A stretch of 64,000 nt of DNA from Octopus sinensis (lineage: Eukaryota): assembly GCF_006345805.1 (NCBI RefSeq), contig NC_043012.1, forward strand, positions 4,402,001 through 4,466,000, written 5' to 3'. Below are positions 27,464 to 41,214 of the stretch, piece by piece (the stretch's first letter is position 1; each line of letters starts with the position of its first letter). The translations under genes were made by a program, and so were the position numbers. The notes under the pieces are model-generated. The model ran no database searches, was not told where the DNA came from, and worked only from the letters and a program-made list of their open reading frames with translations.

Positions 27464-28308
27464 CAGTAGTTTTATTTTTATTTTTATAGCGTGCTTTCAC
27501 TTCACTACCGAGCGCAGCTCTGTGTGCCTTGGGTATGTGCTGTGATTTGTTGTGATGCTCTGATGGTTATTGTATGGAAAGTGTTCTGCGTAGGATGTGT
27601 GCAGTGCCTAGTAGTGCAATTTTCTGTATGTTATATGTGTTTGTAAGTCCTGGTGTTTTGTTATGTATTTTTGTCTGAATATTTTTTTATCATGCCTAAT
27701 GCACCTACTATGATAGGAATTGTTTCTGTTTTCAGATTCCACATTCTAGTTACCTCTATTTCCAGGTCTTTGTATTTTGAGAGTTTAGTTTCTCCATTTC
27801 TTTTAGAGACACGTTGTCATTGCTGGGGTACTGATACATCAATAGAAAGCATTTTTTTTCTTCAGTCTCTGACAACTATATCTGGTCTGTTGGCCTTAAT
27901 TTCTCTATCTGTGTGTATCGGCATATCCCAGAGTATGGTTGCTTGTCTCGTTTTCTGTGACCTTTTCTGGTGTGTGCCATACCATCTTTTTTCTGTTGTT
28001 ATTCCATAATGTTGGCATAGCTTCCAATGTATGTAAGTTCCAACTCTGTCATGTCTGTGAATATTTCCTTCTTAGCCAGGACTGGGCAGCTAGAGATAAT
28101 GATTTATTGTTTCTTGTCCATCTCCACATATTCTGCAGTTACTTGTAATATTTCTTTTCATTACATGTTTTTGGTAATTTCTGGTGGGGAGGCTTTGGTC
28201 TTGTGCTGCAATTAAAAATCCCTCTGTTTCTTCTGCTTTGAGTCCTGAGCTTCTCAACCATTGCTGGGATTTTTCTTTGTCTATTTCTTTTGCGTTTGTT
28301 TAGTCCAG
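27464..28308 (-). mobile_element. RLE-type non-LTR retrotransposon 3' fragment (R4/Dong-like) inserted in (TAA)n
   Basis: CRIC..ETINH zinc knuckle, RHD, RPDIVV, SKYKDLEIEVTRMWNLKTETIPIIVGALG. Flanked by (TTA)n on both sides. Confidence 0.82.
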
Positions 28309-28689
28309 TATTATTATTATTATTATTATTATATATTATTATTATTATTAATTATTTTATTATTATTATTATTTCATTATTGCTCTTGTTGCTCTTGTTG
28401 TACTCTTCTTGATTTCTGAAGAAATTCAGCCCTTTGATTAACACATGCAAACAATCCTTTCTTTCATTGTAACATAATACTTTTTCTCTATTCTTACCCC
28501 CCCCCCCCGCACGCACACACTCATGATTATTATAATAGTGGCTGTGTGGTAAGTAGCTTGCTTACCAACCACATGGTCCCAGGTTTAGTCCCACTGCATG
28601 GCACCTTGGGCAAGTGTTTTCTACTATAGCCTCAGGCTGACCAAAGCCTTATGAGTGGATTTGGTTGATGGAAATTGAAATAAGCCTGT

Positions 28690-28734
<45 letters not shown>

Positions 28735-29746
28735 ATATGCTTGTATGTCTGTGTTTGTCTCCCCAACATTGCTTGACAACCAATGCTGGTGTGTTTACGT
28801 CTCCGTAACTTAGCGGTTCGGCAAAAGAGACTGATAGAATAAGTACTAGGCTTACAAAGAATAAGTCCTGGGGTCGATTTGCTCGACTAAAAGTGGTGCT
28901 CCAGCATGGCCGCAGTCAAATGACTGAAATTAGTAAAAGAAAGTAAAGAGTCTACACAGAGTTTTGCCCCAGACTGGGCTGATCACAACTACCTAGCCTA
29001 AAGGTAAAATTCTGAACAGTCCATCAACTCTTAATATAATGGACATATTCATACAATCTCCCTTGCATACTGAAGGGTTTAGCCAAAGGGACCCGGTCCA
29101 TATTTTTTAAAACCTAGTACTTATTCTATTGGTCTTTTTTGCTGCACTGCTAACTTACAGGGATATAATCAAACCAACATTGGTTCTCAAGCAGAGGTGG
29201 GGAACAAACACACACACACACACAAATTTATGACAGGATTCTTTCAGTTTCCATCTATCAAATCCACCCTCAAGGTTTTGGCTGATCCTGAGCTATTGTA
29301 GAAGATACTTGCCCATGGTGCTTCACAGTGAGATTGAACCCAAGACCATATTGATGGGAAGCAAGATTCATAATCTCACAGCCATGCTTCAACCTAATAT
29401 TCTTTTTATGCGAACGAAATTAGACATAATAAACATTATCTTGAGTGATAAAAATTAGCAATAAGCTCTCAAGAGAGACATTTAACAACATTGGTCATTG
29501 GCAAAATAACCCACCTGGTTAGTATTAAGTGACTGAAGAACTATTGAACTAATGAAAGCAAGAATAAATTATGGTGTCTCATTTTAGGAGACAAAATGAC
29601 AAATACTTGAAAGTTTAATAACCAATGAAGTTGCTTAACAAGCAATGCATACATTAATGCATTCACTAGCAACTTTCTGTCTCAGGATAATGTTTGTAAT
29701 ATTAGCAATATTTTAAAAAAGAAACAAATGATATATGAACACTCAC

Positions 29747-29863
29747 TACTCTGGGTTGTACATTGGGCATCAAGAGTTCCACTTTTCTGGCATTTCCAGA
29801 AATGGCTGTCACAGCAAGGCAGAACACGAGTAGTGACAGACTCACGGCTGGGGTACTGGCCAT
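29747..29863 (-). CDS. PHM: PHM/PAM coding exon 1 (start codon, signal peptide)
   Basis: Encodes MASTPAVSLSLLVFCLAVTAISGNARKVELLMPNVQPRV: hydrophobic signal peptide plus the PHM N-terminal LLMPxV motif. A polypyrimidine-CAG acceptor lies 18 nt upstream of the ATG (exon starts at 29881). GTGAGT donor, phase 0. Confidence 0.9.
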
Positions 29864-30403
29864 CTTTTGTAAGTTGGTGTGCTGGAAAGAGGAAAGAAAA
29901 AGATATAGATATACTTGGGCATGTGTGTGTATACTCTTTTACTCTTTTACTCTTTTACTTGTTTCAGTCATTTGACTGCGGCCATGCTGGAGCACCGCCT
30001 TTAGTCGATCAAATCGACCCAGGAACTTATTCTTTGTAAGCCCAGTACTTATTCTATCGGTCTCTTTTGCCGAACCGCTAAGTGGCGGGGACGTAGACAC
30101 ACCAGCATCGGTTGTCAAGCAATGCTAGGGGGACAAACACAGACACACAAACACACACACAAACATATATATTATATATACATATATACGACAGGCTTCT
30201 TTCAGTTTCCGTCTACCAAACACTCACAAGGCATTGGTCGGCCCGGGGCTATAGCAGAAGACACTTGCCCAAGAATGCCACGCAGTGGGACTGAACCCGC
30301 AACCATGTGGTTGGTTAGCAAGCTACTTACCACACAGCCACTCCTGCGCCTATTATATATATATATATATATATATTAATATATATATATATATATTTAT
30401 TTT

Positions 30404-30436
<33 letters not shown>

Positions 30437-30479
30437 TTATTTTTATATATACATATTATATATATATATATATATATAT

Positions 30480-30519
<40 letters not shown>

Positions 30520-30558
30520 TTTTATATATATATTATATATATATAATATATATATTAT

Positions 30559-30589
<31 letters not shown>

Positions 30590-30615
30590 GTTATATATAT
30601 AGTATTATATAAAAA

Positions 30616-30650
<35 letters not shown>

Positions 30651-31029
30651 CAAAACGGAAGTGGAAAACATTTTTGGCTATTATTTATTTATCATTAGAC
30701 ATGTGTCATTTGCTAATAGGAATTATGAAATTCACATTTATGTTTATATATAACTAAAATACTGGAATAAACAGATGTGCTTCAAGGGGACACAGCTTGG
30801 ATTTTAACTCTACCAACATAACACACACATACATACACACACACATTCGGACACACACACACACACACACCACACACACACAGCGTAGACAAAAACGGAT
30901 AGTTCAAAACATCACTACACACGTTTTAAAAGCATGCTATATTCGCAAATATGAGTGCTTTATATAATATAATAGATAACATTTTGTTCATTTGTATTGT
31001 TATATAACCATTCCATTTCTTCAGGTGAT

Positions 31030-31330
31030 ATTCTGCCAAACATTTTGTCGAACATGCAAAGGTAATTTAAAAGTTGTTATGCTAACCACCAGTATCTTTC
31101 CGACATAGTGATAAAAGTATAGCCACTAAGCTGACAAGTCATGTATGGGATCTGAAGACCAACTGCACACAACCAACTGGAGAATCATGAAGAAATCTGC
31201 ACCATATGTAAATGGATCAAAGAGATGTAAGCTATGTATAGCTGAAAGAGTGCACATTCTTTTTAGATCCAAGTATTCCACCACACTACTTAATTCCGAA
31301 TCCTGACAAATTTCTTTTGTTAAACCTGCT
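31030..31330 (+). mobile_element. Penelope-like element GIY-YIG endonuclease remnant
   Basis: Frameshifted YANHQ/SFRHSDKSIATKLTSHVWDLK/WRIMKKSAPYVNGSKRCKLCIAERVHIL matches the second half of a PLE endonuclease, including CxLC. Confidence 0.72.
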
Positions 31331-32290
31331 CCAGATTGAGCAGCTGTCTCATAACCTTTGCTCTTCCCCCTATTCAATTATTCAACACCAGCTAGATTAT
31401 TTATGGCTTCTGCAAACAAAGGGAATGCAACTTTTGGTTTTCTTTCTTCTCCTGTTGTTATCCACCTTTCTTTTCTTGTTTCACTTTTTAGGTCAGCATA
31501 CTTGTTGCTCTTACTTGTGTTTTCTCATAGACTAGCATCCTGGTTTTCAAATAAGGCCAACTACATCTACTGAGCCCGAAGGACTGCTTGAAGACACAAG
31601 GCACATTGCATAAATCTGCTGAATTATCGTGCTTCCACAGCATGAAACTATTAGCAGCTCTTATCTAAATACTGGGTACATTAAATATTTATCTTTCAAT
31701 AGATGGATTACTTTTTTCATTGATCCTACCTATAATGGAACAGTAAACTACATCTATGTATCACCATCATCATTTAACATCTGTTTTCTATGCTGGGTTG
31801 GACACATATACATATGTATGTATGTATATACATATCCCTGAATGTATATACATATGTATGTGTCTGTGTGTGTGTATTATATATATATATATATATGTAT
31901 ATAAATTAGAAAAAAACACCTTTTATTAATTCAAAATGAACAATTAAATTACACCATCTAGAAAATTACATATAATAGAAATATTAAAATTAAGATAACA
32001 ATAAAATACCGATGATTAAGAAAATTGCAAAAAAATAATAAAAGCATATATAATTGGTATATAATATTTCTATTATATGTAATTTTCTAGATGGCGTAAT
32101 TTAATTGTTCGTTTTGAATTGACAAAAGGTGGTTTTTCCTAATTTATATATATATATATTATATTGTGTGAAATTTGATTTAGTATTTCTAAATTGAATT
32201 TTTTCCCTGTAAGTTATTTTATTGTTATTTTAATTTTAATATTTCTATTATTCCCTGAATTATTATATATATTTATATATATATGCCAGT

Positions 32291-33128
32291 GGGTGTAACC
32301 AGCTCACTTATGAGTACCCCTAATTCATTGGACAATAAACTTTGCTTGCGTAGACCTATTGAGGCAAGTGAAATCAAATCAAAATCACTGACATGGCCGA
32401 GGACAGTACTGCCTGGTTGGCACTCATGCCAGTGGAACATTAAAAGCACATCCAAGCGTGGGGTGTAACCAGCTCACTTATGAGTACCCCTAATTCATTG
32501 GACAATAAACTTTGCATGCAAAGACCTATTGAGGCAAGTGAAATCAAATCAAAATCACTGACATGGCCGAGACAGTACTGCCTGGTTGGCACTCATGCCA
32601 GTGGAACATTAAAAGCAACATCCAACGTGGGGTGAACCAGCTCACTTATGAGTACCCCTAATTCATTGGACAATAACTTTGCATGCAAAGACCTATTGAG
32701 GCAAGTGAAATCAAATCAAAATCACTGACGTGGCCGAGGACAGTACTGCCTGGTTGGCACTCATGCCAGTGGAACATTAAAAGCACATCCAAGCGTGGGG
32801 TGTAACCAGCTCACTTATGAGTACCCCTAATTCATTGGACAATAAACTTTGCATGCAAAGACCTATTGAGGCAAGTGAAATCAAATCAAAATCACTGACG
32901 TGGCCGAGGACAGTACTGCCTGGTTGGCACTCATGCCAGTGGAACATTAAAAGCACATCCAAGCGTGGGGTGTAACCAGCTCACTTATGAGTACCCCTAA
33001 TTCATTGGACAATAAACTTTGCATGCAAAGACCTATTGAGGCAAGTGAAATCAAATCAAAATCACTGACGTGGCCGAGGACAGTACTGCCTGGTGGAACT
33101 CATGCCAGTGGAACGTTAAAAGCACACC
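32291..33128. repeat. ~170-bp tandem array (about 4.9 units), SINE-derived
   Basis: Unit starts at about 32291, 32461, 32630, 32798 and 32968. The last unit runs into a family-C SINE body. Confidence 0.92.
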
Positions 33129-33849
33129 CGAGTGTGATTGTTACCAGGGCCACGGATTGGCTCCTGTGCTGGTGGCACATAAAAAAGCACCATTTGAGTG
33201 TGATTGTCGCCAGCATCGCCTTACCAGCACATGTGCCAGTGGCACGTGAAAAACAAAATTCGGGTGTGGTCGTTGCCAGTGTCACCAAACTGGCTCCTGT
33301 GCAGGTAGTATGTAAAAAATATCTTTTGAACATGGTCATTGCCAGAACTGCCCGACAGGCCTTTGTGCTGGTGGCATGAAAAAGCACCCACTACACTCTT
33401 GGAGTGGTTGGTGTTAGGAAGGGCATCCAGCTGTAGAAATTTTTCCAGATCAGATTGAGCCTGGTGCAGCCTTCTGGCTCACCAATCCTCAGTCAAACCG
33501 TCCAACCCATGCCAACATGGAAAGCGGGCATTAAATGACAATGATGATGATGATGATGACATACACCCACACATATATATGCATACATATATACACATGC
33601 ATATATACAAACATACATGCATACATCCATCTATCCATCCATCCAGCCAGCCAGCCCTCCATACATGCATGCATGCATGCATACATACATACATACATAC
33701 ATACATACATACATGCATACATATATGCATATATACATACATACGTACATACATGCATACATACATACATACATACATACATACATACATACATACATAC
33801 ATACATACATACATGCATACATACATACATACATACATGCATGCATGCA

Positions 33850-33884
<35 letters not shown>

Positions 33885-34239
33885 GTCAATACACATATTG
33901 ACTCTAATAATAAGAATTTTCAAGGAATTTACGCACTAAATTACTTGAAAACAACCAGTAGAATGAATTATTATTTATTTATTTATTGCTTGTTTTTCTT
34001 CGGTTTGTGAGGTTATTGGATTACATATTTGGTAGGTGTTGGTCATGTAATTCACACAGAAACTATGTATAAAATTGTGGTCAATGTTGTTGCTGCTTGT
34101 TTTCAAAACAAATAACTTCATGCTAAACAAATATTGGCACAGAACGATTCCGTGTATTTTCTTTAGCAAAACGGTGTGAACTTCACTTGGTGCCCAGTGT
34201 TATTGAGTATGCATAAACACACACACATACGCACACACG

Positions 34240-34275
<36 letters not shown>

Positions 34276-34329
34276 TCACACACACATGCTCATTCACATG
34301 TATTTCATCGTCCTCATATTATCATTACT

Positions 34330-35230
<901 letters not shown>

Positions 35231-35262
35231 AATGTGTGTGTGCATAATAATAACAAAAATAT

Positions 35263-35793
35263 AAGGCGTGGCTTCTGATCTTAACTGATTGGAATTGTTA
35301 TCATGTACATTGTTTTGTCTTGGTATTAAAAGATGGGCTACAGCAAACATTCTGCGCAATATAACAGATTTGCTTATCAGTTGCTTGACCTTAACCAATG
35401 GAGCAAGTCCCTTAGTGGCTGACAATATGTGCATCTCTGATCACAAGCAGAAGTAGTGGAGGAGTATCATAGCCATGTGTTGAGATGAATTTTTTGAGGT
35501 TTGGATAATTCAGCTCTTGAAACATTGATGTTTCGTTCATCGTCCTTAAACATTATTCAGGGACCTTTTGAGTGGGATGGGCTACTCGACTTAAAAATAA
35601 TTCTAAGTGAGCTCCATCTGCAAAGTCATATGCTGTTTATCTTGTTTTGAGATCACCATGTTGTCCACATATGGTTGTGAGGCATGTGCCTGGTGTAACC
35701 TTACCAGATGGGTAGTCATGATGGGTATATTGGGCTTTATATATAAGTACCCCAGTGTCACTTTGATGGCATGTGCTGCTCTCCCAGTAAATG

Positions 35794-35864
<71 letters not shown>

Positions 35865-35870
35865 AATAAG
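35263..35870 (+). mobile_element. Unclassified interspersed retro-element with (TAA)n tail
   Basis: Complex sequence bounded by TAA repeats and ending in a long (TAA)n at about 35795-35870. Family not identified. Confidence 0.4.
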
Positions 35871-36099
35871 TGCAAAAGATTGTCTTAACTGGTACATCAC
35901 ATGTATTGAGAAGAGCATTGTCGATGTGAGAATTATTACTACCCATGTATTTTAATTTAACTTAAAAAAAAAAAAATGAACGAACTATTGAGTTTAGTTT
36001 AATGGCCTACCAATGTATACTATAAGTTTCTTTGCCCTAGGAGTCGGGAAGACACTCGGCAAGAAATGGAAGCAAATTTGAAAGAAAAAAAAAAAAAAA

Positions 36100-36144
<45 letters not shown>

Positions 36145-37202
36145 GCAGAATGTGTGGGAAGAAGGTTGAAAGTGTGACTCATATAGAGCTTGTGAAAGTC
36201 TAGACAGTCTAGAAAGTCTAGAAAGTGTAGACATGACAAAGTTGCCCACAAGTGAGTGTGTGTGTGTGTATGTTTGTGCGTCTGTGTTTGTCCCCCCATC
36301 ATCACTTGACAACCAATGCTGGTGTCTTTACGTCCCCATAACTTAGTGGTTTGGCAAAAGAGAAACCAATAGAATAAGTACTAGGCTTACAAAGAATAAG
36401 TCCTGGGGTTGATTTGCTTTGACTAAAGGCGGTGCTCCAGCATGGCCACAGTCAAATGACTGAAACAAGTAAAATACTAATAGACTATCAGCGAGAAAGA
36501 GAGAGAGACATCAATACTGCATTGACACATGAGAACGGCAGACACGTTCCGTCTTTGTCGGTGGGGGGGGGGGGGGCTTGTCAATGTCATCTATGTCATT
36601 GCTCTCAATTGTCATTAGCTTTAATGAAATGAATACCTCGACATATATATATGATTCCATACATACATATTATGGAAGCTTGCCAGGCTGCGGAAAAAAA
36701 CTCAGTATACACAATTGAAACAGTACTAAATTAAGATTGCAATCTGTGGATCATATCAAATATGTATACATAGGCGTAGGAGTGGCTGTGTGGTAAGTAG
36801 CTTGCTTACCAACCACATGGTTTAGGGTTCAGTCCCACTGCGTGGCACCTTGGGCAAGTGTCTTCTACTATAGCCTCAGACCGACCAAAGCCTTGTGAGT
36901 GGATTTGGTAGACGGAAACTGAAAGAAGCCCGTCGTATATATGTATATATATATATATATATATATAGATATGTATGTGTATGTGTGTACATGTTTGTCC
37001 CCCCTCAACATCGCTTGACAACCGATGCTGGTGTGTTTACGTCCCTGTAAATTAGTGGTTCAGCAAAAGGCTTACAAAGAATAAGTCCTGGGGTTGATTT
37101 GCTCGACTAAAGGCGGTTGCTCCAGCATGGCTGCAGTCAAATGACTGAAACAAGTAAAAGAGTAAAAGAGATGGCAATCATCGTAATCATCATTACCATC
37201 AC

Positions 37203-37235
<33 letters not shown>

Positions 37236-37315
37236 TATCATCATCATCATCGTTTAATGTCCATTTTCCATGCTGGCGTTGCATGGTTTGATAAGATCAG
37301 GTGAGTTGTAGGGCT

Positions 37316-37415
37316 NNNNNNNNNNNNNNNNNNNNNNNNNNNNNNNNNNNNNNNNNNNNNNNNNNNNNNNNNNNNNNNNNNNNNNNNNNNNNNNNNNNNN
37401 NNNNNNNNNNNNNNN
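37316..37415. other. Assembly gap (100 N)
   Basis: Run of exactly 100 N, likely a fixed-size scaffold gap. Confidence 0.99.
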
Positions 37416-37742
37416 CACACAGCCACATCTGCGTATATATATATGTAAACATATATGTCTTTGTGTCTGTCCTTTGCACCACTGCTGGACAATTGATGAT
37501 GGTTTACATCACCATAAATTGGTGGTTCAGGAAAAGTGTTCAAAAAAAGAAGTATCTGGCTTGAAAAATAAGCACTAGGGTCGTTTTGCTTGGCTAAACA
37601 CTTCAATTTGGTGACCGAGTATGACCACAGTCAAATAAGTCAAACAAAGCACACACGCGCGCACACAGACACGTGCACACAATGCATGCTAAGATTCTTT
37701 TGGGCAGTAAATCAGCTGGCACCATTTTCAAATATCGATTAA

Positions 37743-37950
37743 CCCTTTCGTTACCAACCCATGTGAAGCCACTTCTGGGTTCTGTAGTACAAATGTTCCG
37801 AATTAAACTCTTCCACCAAACCTTAGTCACAATTTATGTTCCTAACACTAGCTTAATGATAACGAAGTTATTTTACTAAATTCTTTGTTATATTTAAAAT
37901 TAATTGAAAGAAACACAGAGCATCTCAACAGAAATATGGTAACAAAAGGG
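37743..37950 (-). mobile_element. piggyBac-type MITE, copy 3 (inverted)
   Basis: Reverse complement of copies 1 and 2, TTAA on both sides. Confidence 0.8.
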
Positions 37951-38739
37951 TTAACAAATGATTAGCTTAAAGAACCACAAATTTTGCCCCAGTTATGATA
38001 AAGGTCACTAAGGGTCAATTACAAACTACATTGGTTTCCCAGGTTGTGAGCATAAACATCACACATAGACACAGTACACACACTCCTACACATACTCACA
38101 CTTACGCATACACGCATTTGATGAAACATTTTAATACAAAAATAACAATTTTTTAAATATTTGTTATAATTCAGTTAGTTGAGATGTGTCAAACAGCTGT
38201 GATTTCAATCCACTGGCATCCAGCTGTAGAAACACTGCCAGATCAGACTGGAGCCTGGTGCAGCTTCCTGGCTTCCCAGACCCTGGTCGAACCATCCAAC
38301 CCATGCTAGCATGGAAAACGGACGTTAAACGATGATTGGGACATACTTGAGCCCCGACAAAAACTGAATTCACTGCTGTTTATTGTTGAGAAGAATTCAC
38401 ATAAAAGCACCCAAGCTGGTGCCATGTAATGGCACTTGTGCCAATGCCACATAGAAAGCGGCCAGTACACTCTGTGAAGTGATTGGTGTTAGGAAAGGGG
38501 TCCAGCCATAGAAACCATGCTGAAGGTAGGGAGCTGGCCAGTTCCTGTCAACCCATCCAAACCATGCCAGCATGGAAAATGGACGTTTAATGATGAGGGT
38601 GATGATGATGATTATGATGATGAGACACGCACACTCACACATAGGCATTTCAACTGTTACATACATTACTCCCTGCCATACACAAAAGCAAATTAATTTA
38701 AAAAAAAACAAAATAAATACAAAAGTACAAAAATATAAA

Positions 38740-39021
38740 TCACTTTTTTTTGTTTGTTTTGTCAATTCTATCGATGATTCGATCACCGTACAACTTCAGT
38801 GAAGGCGGCAGTTCATATTTAACTCCCATCAACATGTCAAAAGGCAGCCAAACTCTCCCTGGTCCAAGGAATTTATTATTGGGACCCGTTTGAAGCTGGT
38901 TGACTACTTTGATGCTTGCTTCACCAGGAAACAGCTTCCTGCTGAATGGTTTCAGGCGAAGGTCTTCAGCTATATCAAAGCCAAGGATATCTTTGCCACA
39001 CTGCTTCCGGAGTCGGGATTC
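38740..39021 (-). CDS. YqaJ-like nuclease, putative terminal exon
   Basis: Polypyrimidine-CAG acceptor at 39022-39023, phase 0 matching the previous donor. Open frame ESRLRKQCGKDILGFD...DKTNKKK* followed by T-rich, UTR-like sequence. Confidence 0.7.
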   Translation of the reverse strand, partial: ESRLRKQCGKDILGFDIAEDLRLKPFSRKLFPGEASIKVVNQLQTGPNNKFLGPGRVWLPFDMLMGVKYELPPSLKLYGDRIIDRIDKTNKKK

Positions 39022-39524
39022 CTGTAATGAAGAGAAGACGAAGAAGAAGAAGTAAGGCTTGTAATTACACACACACAGTCACTCACACATGTATACACAT
39101 ATATTTTTATTAATATTTAACGGAAGCAACAAATAAATATCAATACAAAAATATATATATACTTATATTTTGAGTTCTATTTTACCTGTTTGCATCACCA
39201 TACCTGTATATGTATCTATATCTATAAAAGGCAGGATGTGTGCATGTGTGTACATAAATGTACTTTATGCACGTCCACAAATTAGCACACATGCTGCTCC
39301 AATTTTAGGAGGACATTGGTCACGACCATGGCTGTGCTTTTCTCAACTTATTTTTCCTGAGGCACTCCCGGATAGCAGTAAAAACTGATTTTCAACCATA
39401 ACTTTTACCAATTTTCAAGTCAGTGAAATCCGTAAGTTTGCTAACATGAGTTAAGTCCCCTGTATTGCATATAGGCAGGAAGGAAAGGTCAAGTAAAGAG
39501 TTAAAGAGTGCGCGCCATAATTAT

Positions 39525-40306
39525 TAATAAAAACTTACTTGGAGAAATAAGAAAGTGACGCCTGTCTGTCTTCCTCTCTACCTGTCTTTCTCTTTATTTG
39601 TCACCCTTTCTGGTTTCTTTTCCTCTCTATCTCTCTCTCTCTCACTCCTCCTCCTCTCTCTGGCCGCTGACCGGACTACTAAACTTCCTTTCGCTCGCTG
39701 ATTTCAACAAGCCAACATCGACTTTCTTCTGTCTCTAGCAAGTCGATGTTCTGAATTGCGTTCCAACGAATTTTTCCACCGTCTAGGCTTAAAAAAGCCC
39801 TTAATGTTGGTTTCCTTGTCCTGTTTTTATTCTTTATGTGTACTGTATTTTTATTTATTTGTATTGCATTTACGTCCTGTTCTTGTCATTTTTTCACCCC
39901 TCTGCAAAAGAATTTTATTTAATTCATTTTGCAGGAAGGACTGCTTCGGCCGGATCGTGTTCTGCCCTTACCTTCGAAACACGCATTGAGTCGAACCAGG
40001 GGCAGCTGATGAAGGGGAATATTCCTTGTATTGTTTGTCTTGTACTCTGTTTTTTCGTTGTTAAAAAAAGTCCGTTTCCTTGTTTGTTTTATATGTTTTC
40101 GTTTCTCGTTGTGTTCTACATTAATTGTGGTGTCCTGTACTCATATATATATATATATATATGCATGTATATATACATATAGATATAGCTATGTACATAT
40201 AGGTATGTATGTATGCATATGTTTTATTTGTTTTATTTGTTAAATTGTTATTATATGATCGAACACCTTGCGTCACTTTCTTATTTCTCCAAGTAAGTTT
40301 TTATTA
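39525..40306. mobile_element. Non-autonomous TIR element (37-bp perfect terminal inverted repeats)
   Basis: TAATAAAAACTTACTTGGAGAAATAAGAAAGTGACGC at 39525-39561 and its exact reverse complement at 40270-40306. Confidence 0.8.
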
Positions 40307-41179
40307 TATATATATATATATATATATATAGCATGGAGAACGGACGTTAAACGATATATATATATATATACATGGTGGTGCTCTGTCAGTTATGACGACG
40401 AGGGTTCCAGCTGATCCGAGCAATGGAACAGCCTGCTCATGAAATTAACGTGCAAGTGGCTGAGCACTCCACAGACATGTGTACCCATAACATAGTTTGT
40501 GAAGAGATTCAGCATGACACACTATATGGCAAGGCTGGCCCCTTTGAAATATAGGTATAATAGAAACAGGAAGAAAGAGTGAGAGAAAGTTATGGTGAAA
40601 GAGTACAGCAGGGTTCACCACCACCCCCTGCCAGAGCCTCATGAACCTTTAGGTGTTTTTGCTCAATAAACACTTACAACACCTGGTCTGGGAATTGAAA
40701 CCATAATCCTACGACCACAAGTCCACTGTTCTATCCACTGGGCCAATTTTGCCTCCACACACACACACACATAGGTGCTGGTGTGGCTGTATGGTAAGAA
40801 GCTTGCTTCCCAACCACATGGTTCTGGGTTCCATCCCACTATGTAGCACCTTGAGCAAGTGTCTTCTGCTATAGCCTTGGGCTGACCAAAGCCTTGTGAA
40901 TGGATTTGGTTGATGGAAGCTGAAAGAAGCCTGTCATATATCTATATATATACATATATATATGTATAACTTTGTGTGTCTGTGCTTGTCCCCCCACCAT
41001 CACTTGGCAATCAATGCCGGTGTGTTTATGTCCCCATAACTTAGTGGTTCAGCAAAAGGGCCTGATAGAATAAGTACTAGGCTTACAAAGAATAAGTCCT
41101 GGGATCGATTTGTTCAACTAAAGCCAGTGTTCCAGCATGGACGCATTGAAATGACGGAAACAAGTAAAAGAATAAAAGA

Positions 41180-41214
<35 letters not shown>

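Noticed and set aside
32291-33128. Regular repeat array resembling CRISPR
   Set aside because: The whole unit is repeated with no unique spacers, the context is eukaryotic, and no cas genes are present.
39961-40020. GAAAC...GTC...CTGATGA motif resembling a type II hammerhead inside the TIR element
   Set aside because: The segment that must form stem I (39993-40005) does not pair, and stems II and III are weak.
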